From the NCBI GenBank assembly GCA_051362555.1, contig CM120647.1:10826651-10890650 (forward strand): a DNA stretch of 64,000 nucleotides. The letters are read 5' to 3'. The notes beneath the pieces were generated by a model that had not been told where the DNA came from, searched no databases, and was given only the letters and a program-made list of their open reading frames with translations. Numbering within the stretch: the first letter of the stretch is position 1; each line of letters opens with the position of its first letter. This document shows positions 1 through 11,321 of the stretch, one piece after another. This DNA comes from Lingula anatina. Lineage: Eukaryota > Animalia > Brachiopoda. The position numbers and the translations under genes were made by a program.

Positions 1-159
1 GTCTGGGAATGTTCCCTATGGCCACATTAATTTTTAGATAGGAAACTAAAATGTGGCTTTGAGATAATCCAGATAAGGGGTTAAGAGTGTGATTGTTCAC
101 ATTTTTTTTAAAGTAAACTATTGCAAGAAAACTAACTTTACTTGGAAAGGAGACTATAG

Positions 160-493
160 CAGACATGCTGAAACCGTCAGTCTGATTGGTCATGACCGGT
201 AAAATTTGTACGGCCTGTTAAAAATTGGAAATGGTGGGCCCATACAACCAGTAAGAGTTTTCACAGCCACCATTTTGAATTTACAGTCATCATTCGACAT
301 ACTTCACTAATTAAATTATATAAAGCCCAAAGCATTTTTCCCTTCCATTTCAAACTGACCACATTCACAAACAAAGTAAGCTACCTAATTGTAGTCTCCG
401 TTTCAAACAAATAAGGTGATTTTCAGTCCGGCAAATTTTTCATTACTGCCGGTCCAAATGTCGGGCCATTCTGAAAAGTTTTCCGGATGTCTG
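160..493. mobile_element. Non-autonomous TIR element (MITE), CAG termini, 6-bp TSD
   Basis: Ends CAGACATGCTGAAA ... TTTCCGGATGTCTG, flanked by CTATAG (154-159, 494-499). A related, interrupted copy lies at 34387-41562. Confidence 0.75.
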
Positions 494-865
494 CTATAGA
501 CAAAAGCACTGCCTTCCAGCAAGTTGTGTTGTACTTGAGCAAAGAGAGGCATAGAATTTTAAGTGTGTTATCCAACTTATGACCTGTCCTAAACCTAGTT
601 AGGTTTGACTCGAAATGTTTGTCACTACAACTTAATAGGTCTAGTGTAGAATGAATGTTGTAAGCATGTCCCACTTGTAAGTTCAAATGTGGCTGGTGGT
701 ACCTTCTTAGTAGGCAATATTCCCTTTCCATGCCTTAAAGGTTTTCTATATGGGATTTACCCACCAAATGAATAATGTAGACAAAGATAAGCTGACACTG
801 AGAAAAATTCAAACATACATAGTATAACTTTAAACAGTTTCAAGAGAAGTTTTGTCATTTTGCAG

Positions 866-1531
866 GAGGAGAGTGGGACATTGTGATATTTACTACAGTG
901 CGTTCCTTGCCCCAGTACCAGATAATCAAAAATCCAACACAGGGATGGTGCCGAAAGAGCTTGGGCTTTATAACAGATGAACATCAAATTAATGTCGCAC
1001 TTACAAGAGCCCGCAAAGGACTGATCATCATTGGTAACAATTTTTGTAATAAATTTTGTCAAAAAATAGATCCTAATTTAGGTTAGATAGTGAGTTTATG
1101 AGTAATTGTCATCTTATTCCAAAATGTTCAAGGTAACTTTTTAAAGAAGTGCATGCATGTTAAGAAAAGCTTGCTGAAATTGTTGTATTGATGCAATTTT
1201 ATGCACAAAATTATACATGTCAAAAATATTTTTGTTTATGTATTTAAAAATTACTATTCAAGCATTCTTTCAAAATATTGTTTGCCAGTTTTGTTCAAAT
1301 TGAAAAATTTCCTCATACGAGTGCCATTAATGTAGGATTGATAGTTTAAAAAAATGATTTAGAAAAGACACACTGTAAAATTAAAGACATAATATACACT
1401 TTTCCGTTATAGGAAACAAGAATTTGTTAGGTTGTCATCCCGTGTGGAATAGGCTGTTACAGCATTACAATGATCAGAATGCTGTTGTCAATGCTGAAGA
1501 TTTTTTGCGAGGTGGAATAAAAAGCAAGTAG
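866..1531 (+). CDS. HELZ2: 3' exons of a UPF1-like SF1B RNA helicase, HELZ2-like (gene begins upstream of the window)
   Basis: AG/GT-bounded exons 866-1033 and 1413-1531 translate GGEWDIVIFTTVRSLP...LGFITDEHQINVALTRARKGLIIIG|NKNLLGCHPVWNRLLQHY...K*. This contains SF1 motifs V/VI (QG.E.D.VI; NVALTRAR) and a HELZ2-type insert. Confidence 0.8.
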
Positions 1532-1954
1532 ACATTTTATACTTAAATTATAATGGAAAATTAAAGTGAATTAACATATATGTTTAATTGAATAGAGAGA
1601 TAAAACTGTTGTGAGGTATCAGAATTTTTCTTTCCTAACTAGTTACCAAGAGATTTGGAGAATTATGCCCCCTGTCATCATAATTAAAACAAAATAGAGA
1701 TAGAGATAATTGAATAAAGTGTTTGAGCTTTTGATTTCCCCATACTCCTTTTACATTCCTAATGCACTTGATATGTCTTGTTAGCAAAATTTCCTTGTAT
1801 TGGACTCATACAAAAGAAAGTAACTGAAGAAGCCCTACTGGTGACTTGATTTGATAATTTGCATATCAAATATTTCTCAATATAGACACAGAGAAAGAGA
1901 TCCTACCTGCAGAAAAAGTAATTCATACACAATTTTTCATATGAATGCTTTTAG

Positions 1955-2636
1955 GTACTGAGTTCTACAAAAATTTAGCACCCAGGATGCAAAGACAACT
2001 TGATGTGGGAACATTTTACCAGGATGATGGTTTTTATGATGAGAGTGGTTTCAAGGAAGAGAGTGAGGAAGAGGAGGACAGTACACCCATTGGGGATGAA
2101 GAAATTCAGTGGATTGACATACAAACAGGTGCAGTAACTGTAATTATACATGGTGGAATCCTGTCTTTATGTGACACATGTGGAGTGTCGTATACAAGAA
2201 CTGAACTGAATTTTCCTTTTACTTAAATTACTTTAAATGTTCTTCATGCTTTAACTGTTGTTTTGTTGCATTTTGCAGATTTTGTACAGATACAATTTGA
2301 CAGGAAAATATTTTTTTGCTAAAAATGATTCCATAAATTCCATATACAGGGTTGGAAACTCCTCCTAAAATTCAACCAGACAGCAGGACAGGTTACTCTT
2401 GAAAGTTACCTGTCCTACCATAAACCAGCCTGTCCTCATAAAATCGACAGAACTATGATAATACAGTGCATGTATGACTAAATTTAATAATTCAAGACAT
2501 TTTTAATGTTGTTTTCTTTCAAACTTCATAAATAAAAGTCATAATACCAGTGCTGTCTTGATACGAAAGAATCAAATTTATTTTTATATTCAGTTATGGT
2601 CTGTCCCCCCACCCATACATCATGGATTCCAAAAAA

Positions 2637-2679
<43 letters not shown>

Positions 2680-5600
2680 AAATAAAAAAACAAAAAATGA
2701 ATAAGTAAATTAAAAATAATAATAATAAATATATATATGCACCTTACCAAATATCTATTAAAACAAAATTATAGCAAAACCATTTGACAGAAACAAAATG
2801 CACAATAGTCAATACAGTCAGTACCGAAGAACAAGCATTTTAACTGAAGTATCTACATCATTTTCATGAAAGGAGCATTAAAATTCAAAACTATCAAATC
2901 ATTGGCATGGTAAGCAGTAGCAACTGCAAGTAAAACAGTATCAGTTTGGTGAATAAAATTGGTGAATGTCAACTGCAAGTCACAGTGCCTGTCCTGGTAT
3001 ATGAAAACCTCACTTGACCAAAGGTCAAGTTATTCTGTTTGGATTGTTTTAACTCTTCAAAATGTTAATTAAAAAATCCTGCATTTACTGATGAGATTTT
3101 TGCTAAATGAATTCCTTTAATCATCTCCACCAGATTCTCTCTTCCATGTCTGAAAAATCTGACTCGTTGTCAGAGTCAACAGATTTTGATGGCTGCTCAC
3201 TTGAACACTAGTGCCTTCCTTTTACCCTGCTCCACATCAACAATAATCAACAGCAGATTTGGGCTTGCATCTTTCCATGAAAGTTGGTCTTCTTCTTGCC
3301 CCAGTGCAAAACTGAGTTATTGCTGGTTTGGGGTCTAATTCTTTCACGCTCAGATCTACTGATGACTTCAAAGTGCGGCCCGACCACAGGACAGTCTCCA
3401 AATTATTTTTACCCGTCCTTCATGAAATTAGACCATCAAGGACATTGGGACGGGCAGTTATTTCCAACTCTGCCATATATATAGATAGATAGATATATAT
3501 ATATATGATTAAATTTTTTTGAAATGTTGCAGGCAACAGACTAAGCGTTGTCCCACAAGAGAAAAGAATGCCAGAATCCTTGGCATCGCCCCAGATGACA
3601 GCCGATGCCTCAGAAAGCAATAAGCAGATAGATGTGCTGAAAGATACATATTTGAGGAGGTTCTCCATCACTCCAGAAGGTGGACATGTTGATCTGAAAG
3701 AAGTTGGAGTATTCCTCTTAGTGCCTCCGGGAGCCCTGGCTGAAACAACAGAAATGTTCATTGGTATTAGTTGGAGAGAAGAAGACATGCTGCCGTTGCC
3801 ATCGTGCCAGACTAGAGCAAGTCCAGTTGTTGTCTGTGGCCCACATGGCCTGACATTCAGAAAACCAGTTTTCCTGTCATTTTATCACTGCATATCAGGC
3901 ACACGCCACAGAAAGATGGGAAGGAGCTGTCCCGAAAATTTGACTCGGGACATCAGAATGAGCAATCCGTTTTACATATGGCAGTCTCAAACTCATTTAC
4001 ATGAAACCTGCCGATGGAAAGTATTGAGCAGTGATTCTGTTGTGTTGACAAATACCAAGTGTATCATGATGATGCAACAGTTTTGCAAACACACTTTGTC
4101 ATGTGACAGTAAACGCCTTTGTGCTTTGGTGTTTGGGTCATTTAAGCCTCAACATGTCACCCTGCTGAAACTGAAGGTGTACTGTGTAAATGACACCCCA
4201 GATGAAATAAAGGTAAAACTCCCATTTTTTCCAAAAGAGTTTTTTTGTACAGACATACAGACACAACGTGTTATAGCATATGTGTACAATGTACTGGCCA
4301 TTACCTTTACCTGTTGTTGTCATTGTGCCTTTTCTACTGGCAATGCAGTAAATGGATAACTGACATGCACCTTAATCATCAAAGAAAAAAAAATCACGAT
4401 ACATGAAAAACAATATGCATTATTGTACCACCAGCGTTAGCGCTGGCGGTACACATGGTTTCGGTCCCGTCCGGTCCGTTCCGCCGGCTCCGTTGGCTCC
4501 GCCGGCTCCGCCGCCATGTTACCGTTACCGCTTCTCCTCCTAGACGGTAAGGGCCCCTGTACCCATCTCATGGATTTAGGTCACCTATAATCTCAACTCG
4601 TTCCACGTAAAATTTGGGCTTTGTCGGTATTGGGGTCTGGGTGTGGCACTCATTGCAATGCACCCTTGTCTAAAAATGGCAAAATTAAATGCTAATTATC
4701 TACCCTACGGAAGGAGTTACGGGAAAAATTTCTATAGACGGCTTTCCAAAAGCCATATGTGTAGATTTCAAATATACCCTCGGATTTGACCTTTGACCTT
4801 TACTTCAAGGTCAAATGGGCCAAAATATTCAAAAAAAAGAAATTTTTTACGGAAAAAAAATTTTTTGCCCTGCTATTCAGACACTACACAGACTTAACCA
4901 ATAATATTATTGGAAAGTGTTACCCTTCAGGTCATCTTTCATCTCCATGAATTTGGGGTCAATCGGTGCATTTTCACGGGAGTAGCGGCCATAAGATACC
5001 GAAACTGAAAACTGTCTCTAATTCGGGAACCGTTAATGCTAGAGACCCATTCTGTTTTCCATTTTGTAGAGCATGTAAAGCCCAACACTGGAGGTGGTCT
5101 CGGTTTTTTTGTATTCCATACGGTTTTCGAGTTACGCTGTATCAAAAAGTACATATTGGTGGTAAAAGCAAAATGTGCAGTACGGTAATGGATAATAAAT
5201 TTTGAACTCTGGAAAAATAAAACATAAGGCTGGGCAAAGCAGACAACTTGTGTTCAAAAATGACATTATTTCATCAAATTTGAACTTCTGAAACTTCAGA
5301 GCACCTCTTATTTCAAGAATGTTGACCAAAATGACATTTTCTTTATTTTAATTAATTTTTTCTGTACAAAATTTAAGGCACATTATGGTAACTCCAAAAT
5401 TATAACATTTAGTCCCTTATATCTCCAAAACTGGCAGAGATAGGTCCGTAGTTACTATTGAATTTGAATAGGAAGTCATATACTGGCAATCTTACTGTGA
5501 CCTTGAAATTGACCTTTGACCTACTTTACACCATGAACTGAACTTTGCAAATTTTGCTTTCCTTTTATCTCCAAAACTGGCAGAGATAGGTCCATAGTTA

Positions 5601-8600
5601 CTATTGAACTTGAATAGGAAGTCATATACTGGCAATCTAAGTGTGACCTTAAAATTGACCTTTGACCCACTTTACACCATGAACTGAACTTTGCAAATTT
5701 TGCTTTCCTTTTATCTCCAAAACTGGCAGAGATAGGTCCATAGTTACTATTGAACTTGAATAGGAAGTCATATACTGGCAATCTAAATGTGACCTTAAAA
5801 TTGACCTTTGACCTACTTTTCACCATAAACTGAACTTTGCAAATTTTGCTTTCCTTTTATCTCCAAAACTGGCAGAGATAGGTCCATAATTACTATTGAA
5901 CTTGAATAGAAAGTCATATACTGGCAATCTAAATGTGACCTTGAAATTGACCTTTGACCTACTTTTCACCATGAACTGAATTTTGCAAATTTTGCTTCCC
6001 TTTTATCTCCAAAACTGGCAGAGATAGGTCCATAGTTACTATTGAACTTGAATAGGAAGTCCTATACTGGCAATCTAAGTGTGACCTTGAAATTGACTTT
6101 TGACCTACTTTTTATCATGAACTGAACTCTGCTAATTTCTTTCTCTTTTAACTTCAAACTTGACAGAGATAGGTCCATAGTTACTCTTGAACTTGAATAG
6201 GAAGTCATATACTGGCAATCTAAGTGTGACCTTGAAATTGACTTTTGACCTACTTTTTATCATGAACTGAATTTTGCAAATTTTGCTTCCCTTTTATCTC
6301 CAAAACTGGCAGAGATAGGTCCATAGTTACTATTGAACTTGAATAGGAAGTCCTATACTGGCAATCTAAGTGTGACCTTGAAATTGACTTTTGACCTACT
6401 TTTTATCATGAACTGAACTCTGCTAATTTCTTTCTCTTTTAACTTCAAACTTGACAGAGATAGGTCCATAGTTACTCTTGAACTTGAATAGGAAGTCATA
6501 TACTGGCAATTTACTGTGACCTTGAAATTGACCCTTGACCTACCTTACGAAGAACTAAAATTTGATTGTACCATATATTTTTTTGCAATAGTTTAAAAAT
6601 TCTTGTTGATTGCATTTTTACAGCTTGTCAAGCACAAAACTGGTGGCTGTGTCCCTTATTTTGTGTATGTGGGGGTCTATACGAATGCGCTTGCTCCAGC
6701 TGGTGGTACAATATTCGGAGGCGGTATCGCCTCTCTGATCCTCTAGTTATCTTAAATTTTACCTGACAATAACATATTTTATGCACTGTAATTGTAAAGC
6801 TTTTTTCTGCTATATGTCTGTACACTTGTTAACTTTGCTGTCTTGTTTGTGATAAGTTGGTATGTTTTGTGATTTATTTAATAAAAGTTATTACTAATGG
6901 CCTTTTTTGGAACGTAATTTCATTTGTTGTCATTTGTGGAAATTGGTTATGGTTTATGGTTCTTTCAGACACTTGGGTAAACTTACTTTTTTGTTTCAGA
7001 ATGTCACAGCAGAAGCCAGGGAAGATTTGCAAATGGAAATGCTAGATGCAAAAAAGAAATTCAAATTCTTCACTTGTGGGTACAGTGAGAGCAGTGATGA
7101 AGAAAAAAAGTCCTATGATGTCAGTCTTTTGTTGGAGGGTTTTGAGAAAAAATGGAAGATGCATGAAGATTCTCCGCAAAAGGTTGATATTTAATGAGTT
7201 ATATTCTTGTGAAATTTAGATATAAACAATAAAGACAAGGAGGCCGTTTTGTTCCAGCATGAACTTATAAAGTGATGATCATGGCAGATTGGTGAAAATA
7301 CCTTATTAGTTTTAAGAATATGGAAGAAAAATAAAGATATATATATAGAGTTATTATATTGAAAAGTCTGTGAAGAAAAATCACTTTTACATTTCAGGTT
7401 ATGAACTATATAAGGTTGTGTGAGAACAATGAAGAAAACATAACATTTTCCCTTTGCCCTAAGAAGAAAGAAGAAAGTCTCAATGTGTTTGTTAGTAAAA
7501 TATATGTAAAACAGGAAGGAAAAGATCAGGAAGAGGATATAAAATGTATTACATCCACTGAGCTTGAAATCCACTGGTCGTTACCAGTAAGTTTGTTAGA
7601 GGAAACTACTTGAGTTATCCAAATGTGATAATGCATTATCATATTCTCCTTGGGATGTTATTTTCTTTGAATAATGTTATAGTACCAATTCAGGCCCGTA
7701 GCCGGGGGGCGGGGGGGGGGGGGGGGGGGGGGGTTCGAAACTACCGCCCCTTTTGCTGGAAAAAGGTCCACTCTGAGTAAAATTTGATCTAGGTACATGA
7801 AGTTTTTATGGAAAAAGGTCCACTTTTTCAGAAAACGAACCCCCCTTTTGAAATTGTTGGCTACGGGCCTGCAATTCATGATGTAATAGGTAGTGTTGCT
7901 CTCTTCAATAACCAGTGTTTTGTTGATTTTAATCAATTAAAATTAATAGAATCAGAATGGTTGGACCCTCCCATAATATGTTAGCCATTACTACTGCTAC
8001 TTGTGTAATTATTACTGCTTATGATTTTTTTTCAGATTGGCCCCACTATGGACAATTATAATTTTACTAGTTATTCTGGTGGTCTGGAAAGTGTAAGGCC
8101 TGCCCCAATATTGCCAGGTGGTGAGATGCAGAGGCATGGTGGCAACCACTTCCAATCAATACCAAACCAGTTTTATAACCCGCAAGGCCAATACCAACAG
8201 TTTCAGCCAGGATTTCAACCCAATATTGGCAACCAGCAGGATGACTTCCAGTCTCAGACAGCAGGGGAGATGGTTGCACAAGGCCAATTCCAACAAAATC
8301 TACCAACACTACAACCTTACTTTGGCAACCAGAGGTTTCGACAAGGCAACTTCCAGTCTCAGACAGTATATCATAGGCCAACTGGACCAAATCAATGGTA
8401 TCCCCAACAAGGACAATCCCATCATCGTGGACTACCACAGGGACCAGTCACTGATTGGGAACAGCAAGGTGATGTCAGCTGTGAAACTAGTAGGAAATCA
8501 GTTCACGAGTCTCCACCTTTACCCCCACAGCGGGTCCACATGGCTGCTGGGGATCAAGACAGTGGTGTTACTGACCCTTATGCCATTACAACAGTGGAAA

Positions 8601-9972
8601 ACTCAGTGCCTCACAACCAGGCTCATGGGGGTAATCAGTTAGGTGGGTTGCCTACAGTAATGCAAGGGATTGTAGGACAGATCCTCCCTAATACAGGCAA
8701 CACAAATATTACAGTCAATTATCAGGTTAACAACCTTTATAGCACAGACAAGGAATCCATGCCACATATGAAAAAGGAAGATGTGACAAATTCATTCCGT
8801 AAGCATGTCCCTTCAGATGTGATAAAACAACTAAAGGAGGCACTTACTCAAAGAGATGTATGGGACCAAGTGAAGAAGATGTATGGTATTTCAGATGAAA
8901 ATTCATGCCCTCTGGATGTTGTGGATTATTTGTTGTCTCAGGTTGAGGGTTGTATTGCATCTTTCATCAATGTGCTGTTAAGGTTAAAAGAAGCCCATGC
9001 AGAGGGAGAGCAGGACATTCCACAAGATTTGATTGATAAAGTCAAGGTAATTGATTATTTGGTCAAATTAAGTAATGTCTATTATATTTTAAAATGACAA
9101 TATATGTTTTGATTTCAGTAATTTTAACAATTTATTCCTTATTTTAAGTATTTTCTCTCTCTGCAGTATCTTCATTTTATCCCTCAGCCAAGTTGTTCAT
9201 CTCTTCATATCCCAAGTGAAAGCAAAAGATAGATTCTGAAGCAATTGTATGAGAAAGTGAATTGGCTGTTTTGGATTTGAAGCAATTGTATGAGAAAGTG
9301 AATTGGCTGTTTTGGATCTGAAGCAATTGTATGAGAAAGTGAATTGGCTGTTTTGGATCTGAAGCAATTGTATGAGAAAGTGAATTGGCTGTTTTGGATC
9401 TGAAGCAATCGTATGAGAAAGTGAATTGGCTGTTTGGGATAATTAAGTGTTTTGTCATCTGTTATTTGTTTACTTGTACACAACATCAAGGTTTGAAGGG
9501 ATATAAGTTGAAAATATGGCTTATTATATTTTTCTTCTAGGAGGGACTTATGAGTGAAATGGAGTACAAGAAACTGAGGGAGAATATGATTGACTTTGCT
9601 GAGGACCTTATTATTAATTTTGGACGAGTTTTAGATTACCTGTCTCAGTTTAATATAATGACAGGAGAGGAGATAGCAAAGCTTAAAAGCAATGCTAGGG
9701 AAAATCCACAAGGTGCCTGTAGAAATTTGTTTCAAGTACTCCTTGCCATTAGTCCTAAAAAAGAACCAATTAAATACCTGAGAGATGCATTTAGAGATTC
9801 TACACTTGAGCACCTGGCAGATGAACTAGAAGTTAGCTACCAAGATGTAGAGGATGAGTTACAGGAGCATGGTGGGGGAGGTGACCTTCCTTCTTGGCAG
9901 GAGCCATTGGCCATGGGATTGGAAGCTCCCCCCACATCAGTTATGGGCCAAAGACTTATTGCAGCACATTAA
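1955..9972 (+). CDS. ZU5-UPA (FIIND-like) + Q/N/G-rich linker + death-like domain + C-terminal CARD protein
   Basis: Phase-compatible exons 1955-2128, 3533-4212, 7000-7182, 7398-7586, 8036-9046 and 9541-9972. ZU5 signature ITPEGGHVDLKEVGVFLLVPPGAL...SPVVVCGPHGLTFRKPVFLSFYHC; UPA start LKLKVYCVNDTPD; last exon LRENMIDFAEDL...VLDYLSQFNIMTGEEI...HLADEL has a CARD pattern. The 5' end is uncertain. Confidence 0.75.
2347..3472. mobile_element. TIR DNA transposon derivative, CAG termini, 7-bp TSD
   Basis: CAGGGTTGGAAA ... TTTCCAACTCTG, flanked by CCATATA (2340-2346, 3473-3479). Confidence 0.65.
4420..6748 (+). mobile_element. Non-autonomous Helentron/Helitron2-type element (HINE/DINE-1-like) with internal satellite
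   Basis: 5' TTATTGTACCACCAGC has an inverted partner GCTGGTGGTACAATA near the 3' end, followed by hairpin GAGGCGGTATCGCCTC and CTAG-TT. There is a GC-rich microsatellite near the 5' end and a central 146-bp array. A near-identical inverted copy lies at 35075-37881. Confidence 0.85.
5415..6550. repeat. 146-bp tandem repeat, about 8 units
   Basis: TACTGGCAAT recurs at 5481, 5627, 5773, 5919, 6065, 6210, 6356 and 6501. Confidence 0.95.
7691..7871. mobile_element. MITE, CAG termini, 5-bp TSD
   Basis: CAGGCCCGTAGCC ... GGCTACGGGCCTG, flanked by CAATT on both sides; internal poly-G. Confidence 0.75.
9236..9440. repeat. 41-bp intronic minisatellite, about 5 copies
   Basis: Unit GAAGCAATTGTATGAGAAAGTGAATTGGCTGTTTTGGATCT. 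Confidence 0.95.
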
Positions 9973-10429
9973 AGGTCATCTGTGCCAAAAACATTGTGGC
10001 TTCTGTTGCTTTGGGCCACTGGGGACACAGAACCTAGGCCCAGTTTGATCAATACTGGATAACATTATCCACTGGATAAAATTGTCATCCTCTTGACAAT
10101 TACCCTAAGTATTGCAGCCATAATTTTTGAACACTGGATAGCAATAGCATAGGCCACCAAAAGCATCCAGCATTTGTGAAGCACATTATTCTAGGATAAC
10201 TGAAAGCATGTAAATCTGATATGTTGATGTCAGTTATAAATATACATAAAACCTACTGTGCATGCTTGCACTAGCAATTAATATAAACTAATATAATGTC
10301 TGTATCTGATGCAGGCTCTTGCTGGACAGGCTTGATATTTTGACTACAATTAAGATACAGCTGCTGCTGCCGCATTTTATTATGCAATGGTGATTTGGAA
10401 CAAAATATGTGTCAATGCGTGCACGCACA

Positions 10430-10730
10430 TAAACATATGCAAACTGGCACATACATATTATTGAAGCTTTTCTAGTCAAACATATGCATGGCACATACAT
10501 ATATTATTGAAGTATTTCTAGTCAAACATATGTAAGCTGGCACATACATGTGCATATTATTGAAGCTTTTCTAGTCAAACATATGCATGGCACATACATA
10601 TATTATTGAAGTATTTCTAGTCAAACATATGCAAGCTGGCACATACATGTGCATATTATTGAAGCTTTTCTAGTCAAACATATGCAAGCTGGCACATACA
10701 ATGTCATATTATTGAAGCTTTTCTAGTCAG
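10430..10730. repeat. About 45-52-bp minisatellite, about 6 copies, in a probable 3' UTR
   Basis: Repeats of AAACATATGC..GGCACATACAT..ATTATTGAAGCTTTTCTAGTC. Confidence 0.9.
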
Positions 10731-11152
10731 CTTTGTCTAATGCTATTTTAATTTGAGGTAGGTCAATTGAATTGGCTTTATGTTAATAACTATGAAGGGA
10801 GAGGGGGTGTTTGTAATTGTCACTGAGGTAACTTGCATTAATAGCTATTATGTTTTGCTGTCTGTTATGTTTGAGCATGAGGTATAGTGAACAACATGGA
10901 GTATTCTTACTGCAGGTTCACTGGGTTAATTTCTCCCTTTCACACTGCTTCCATGTTTAGGGTAAAAATTTGAAGATTTAATCTATCTTTTTGAAAACTT
11001 CATCAAACTTGAAAATGTGCCCGTTGATTAGTTCGGAAACTGTGTCACCTAATATGGCTGTGCGGGATTCGTGCATTTTAAAATATGAATAAATTTTTAA
11101 GTGACATTTTTAACCGTAGTAGAGTGAGGACAGAAGACTTTCAATACAACAA

Positions 11153-11321
11153 CAGCGGTGGATCCAGAGTTATTTTCTGACAGTCTTCCAAATTATCTTT
11201 GTTGATTCATCCTCCATTTTTGACTGTCTTCCGACAGAAAAAAAATAGATACCTGTCAATGTAAAATTAAAAATCTGACTGTCTTCTGGAAGACCCTGAA
11301 GACGCCCTAAATCCGCCCCTG
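11153..11321. mobile_element. MITE, CAG termini, 5-bp TSD
   Basis: Imperfect TIRs CAGCGGTGGAT ... ATCCGCCCCTG, flanked by AACAA. Confidence 0.55.

Noticed and set aside
1886-1917. Possible micro-exon between the helicase and the ZU5 gene
   Set aside because: It would leave a 37-nt intron before 1955 and does not preserve the phase.
4939-5826. Short ORFs duplicated at 35033-37335
   Set aside because: They are shared only because both lie in copies of the same non-autonomous element; no Rep/helicase motifs.
5415-6550. Regularly spaced repeats as a CRISPR-like array (also 9236-9440 and 35290-36860)
   Set aside because: The units are head-to-tail with no unique spacers, there are no cas genes, and the context is eukaryotic.
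8067-8642. Alternative-frame and antisense ORFs over the Q-rich exon
   Set aside because: By-products of the low-complexity coding sequence; no recognisable motifs or splice support.
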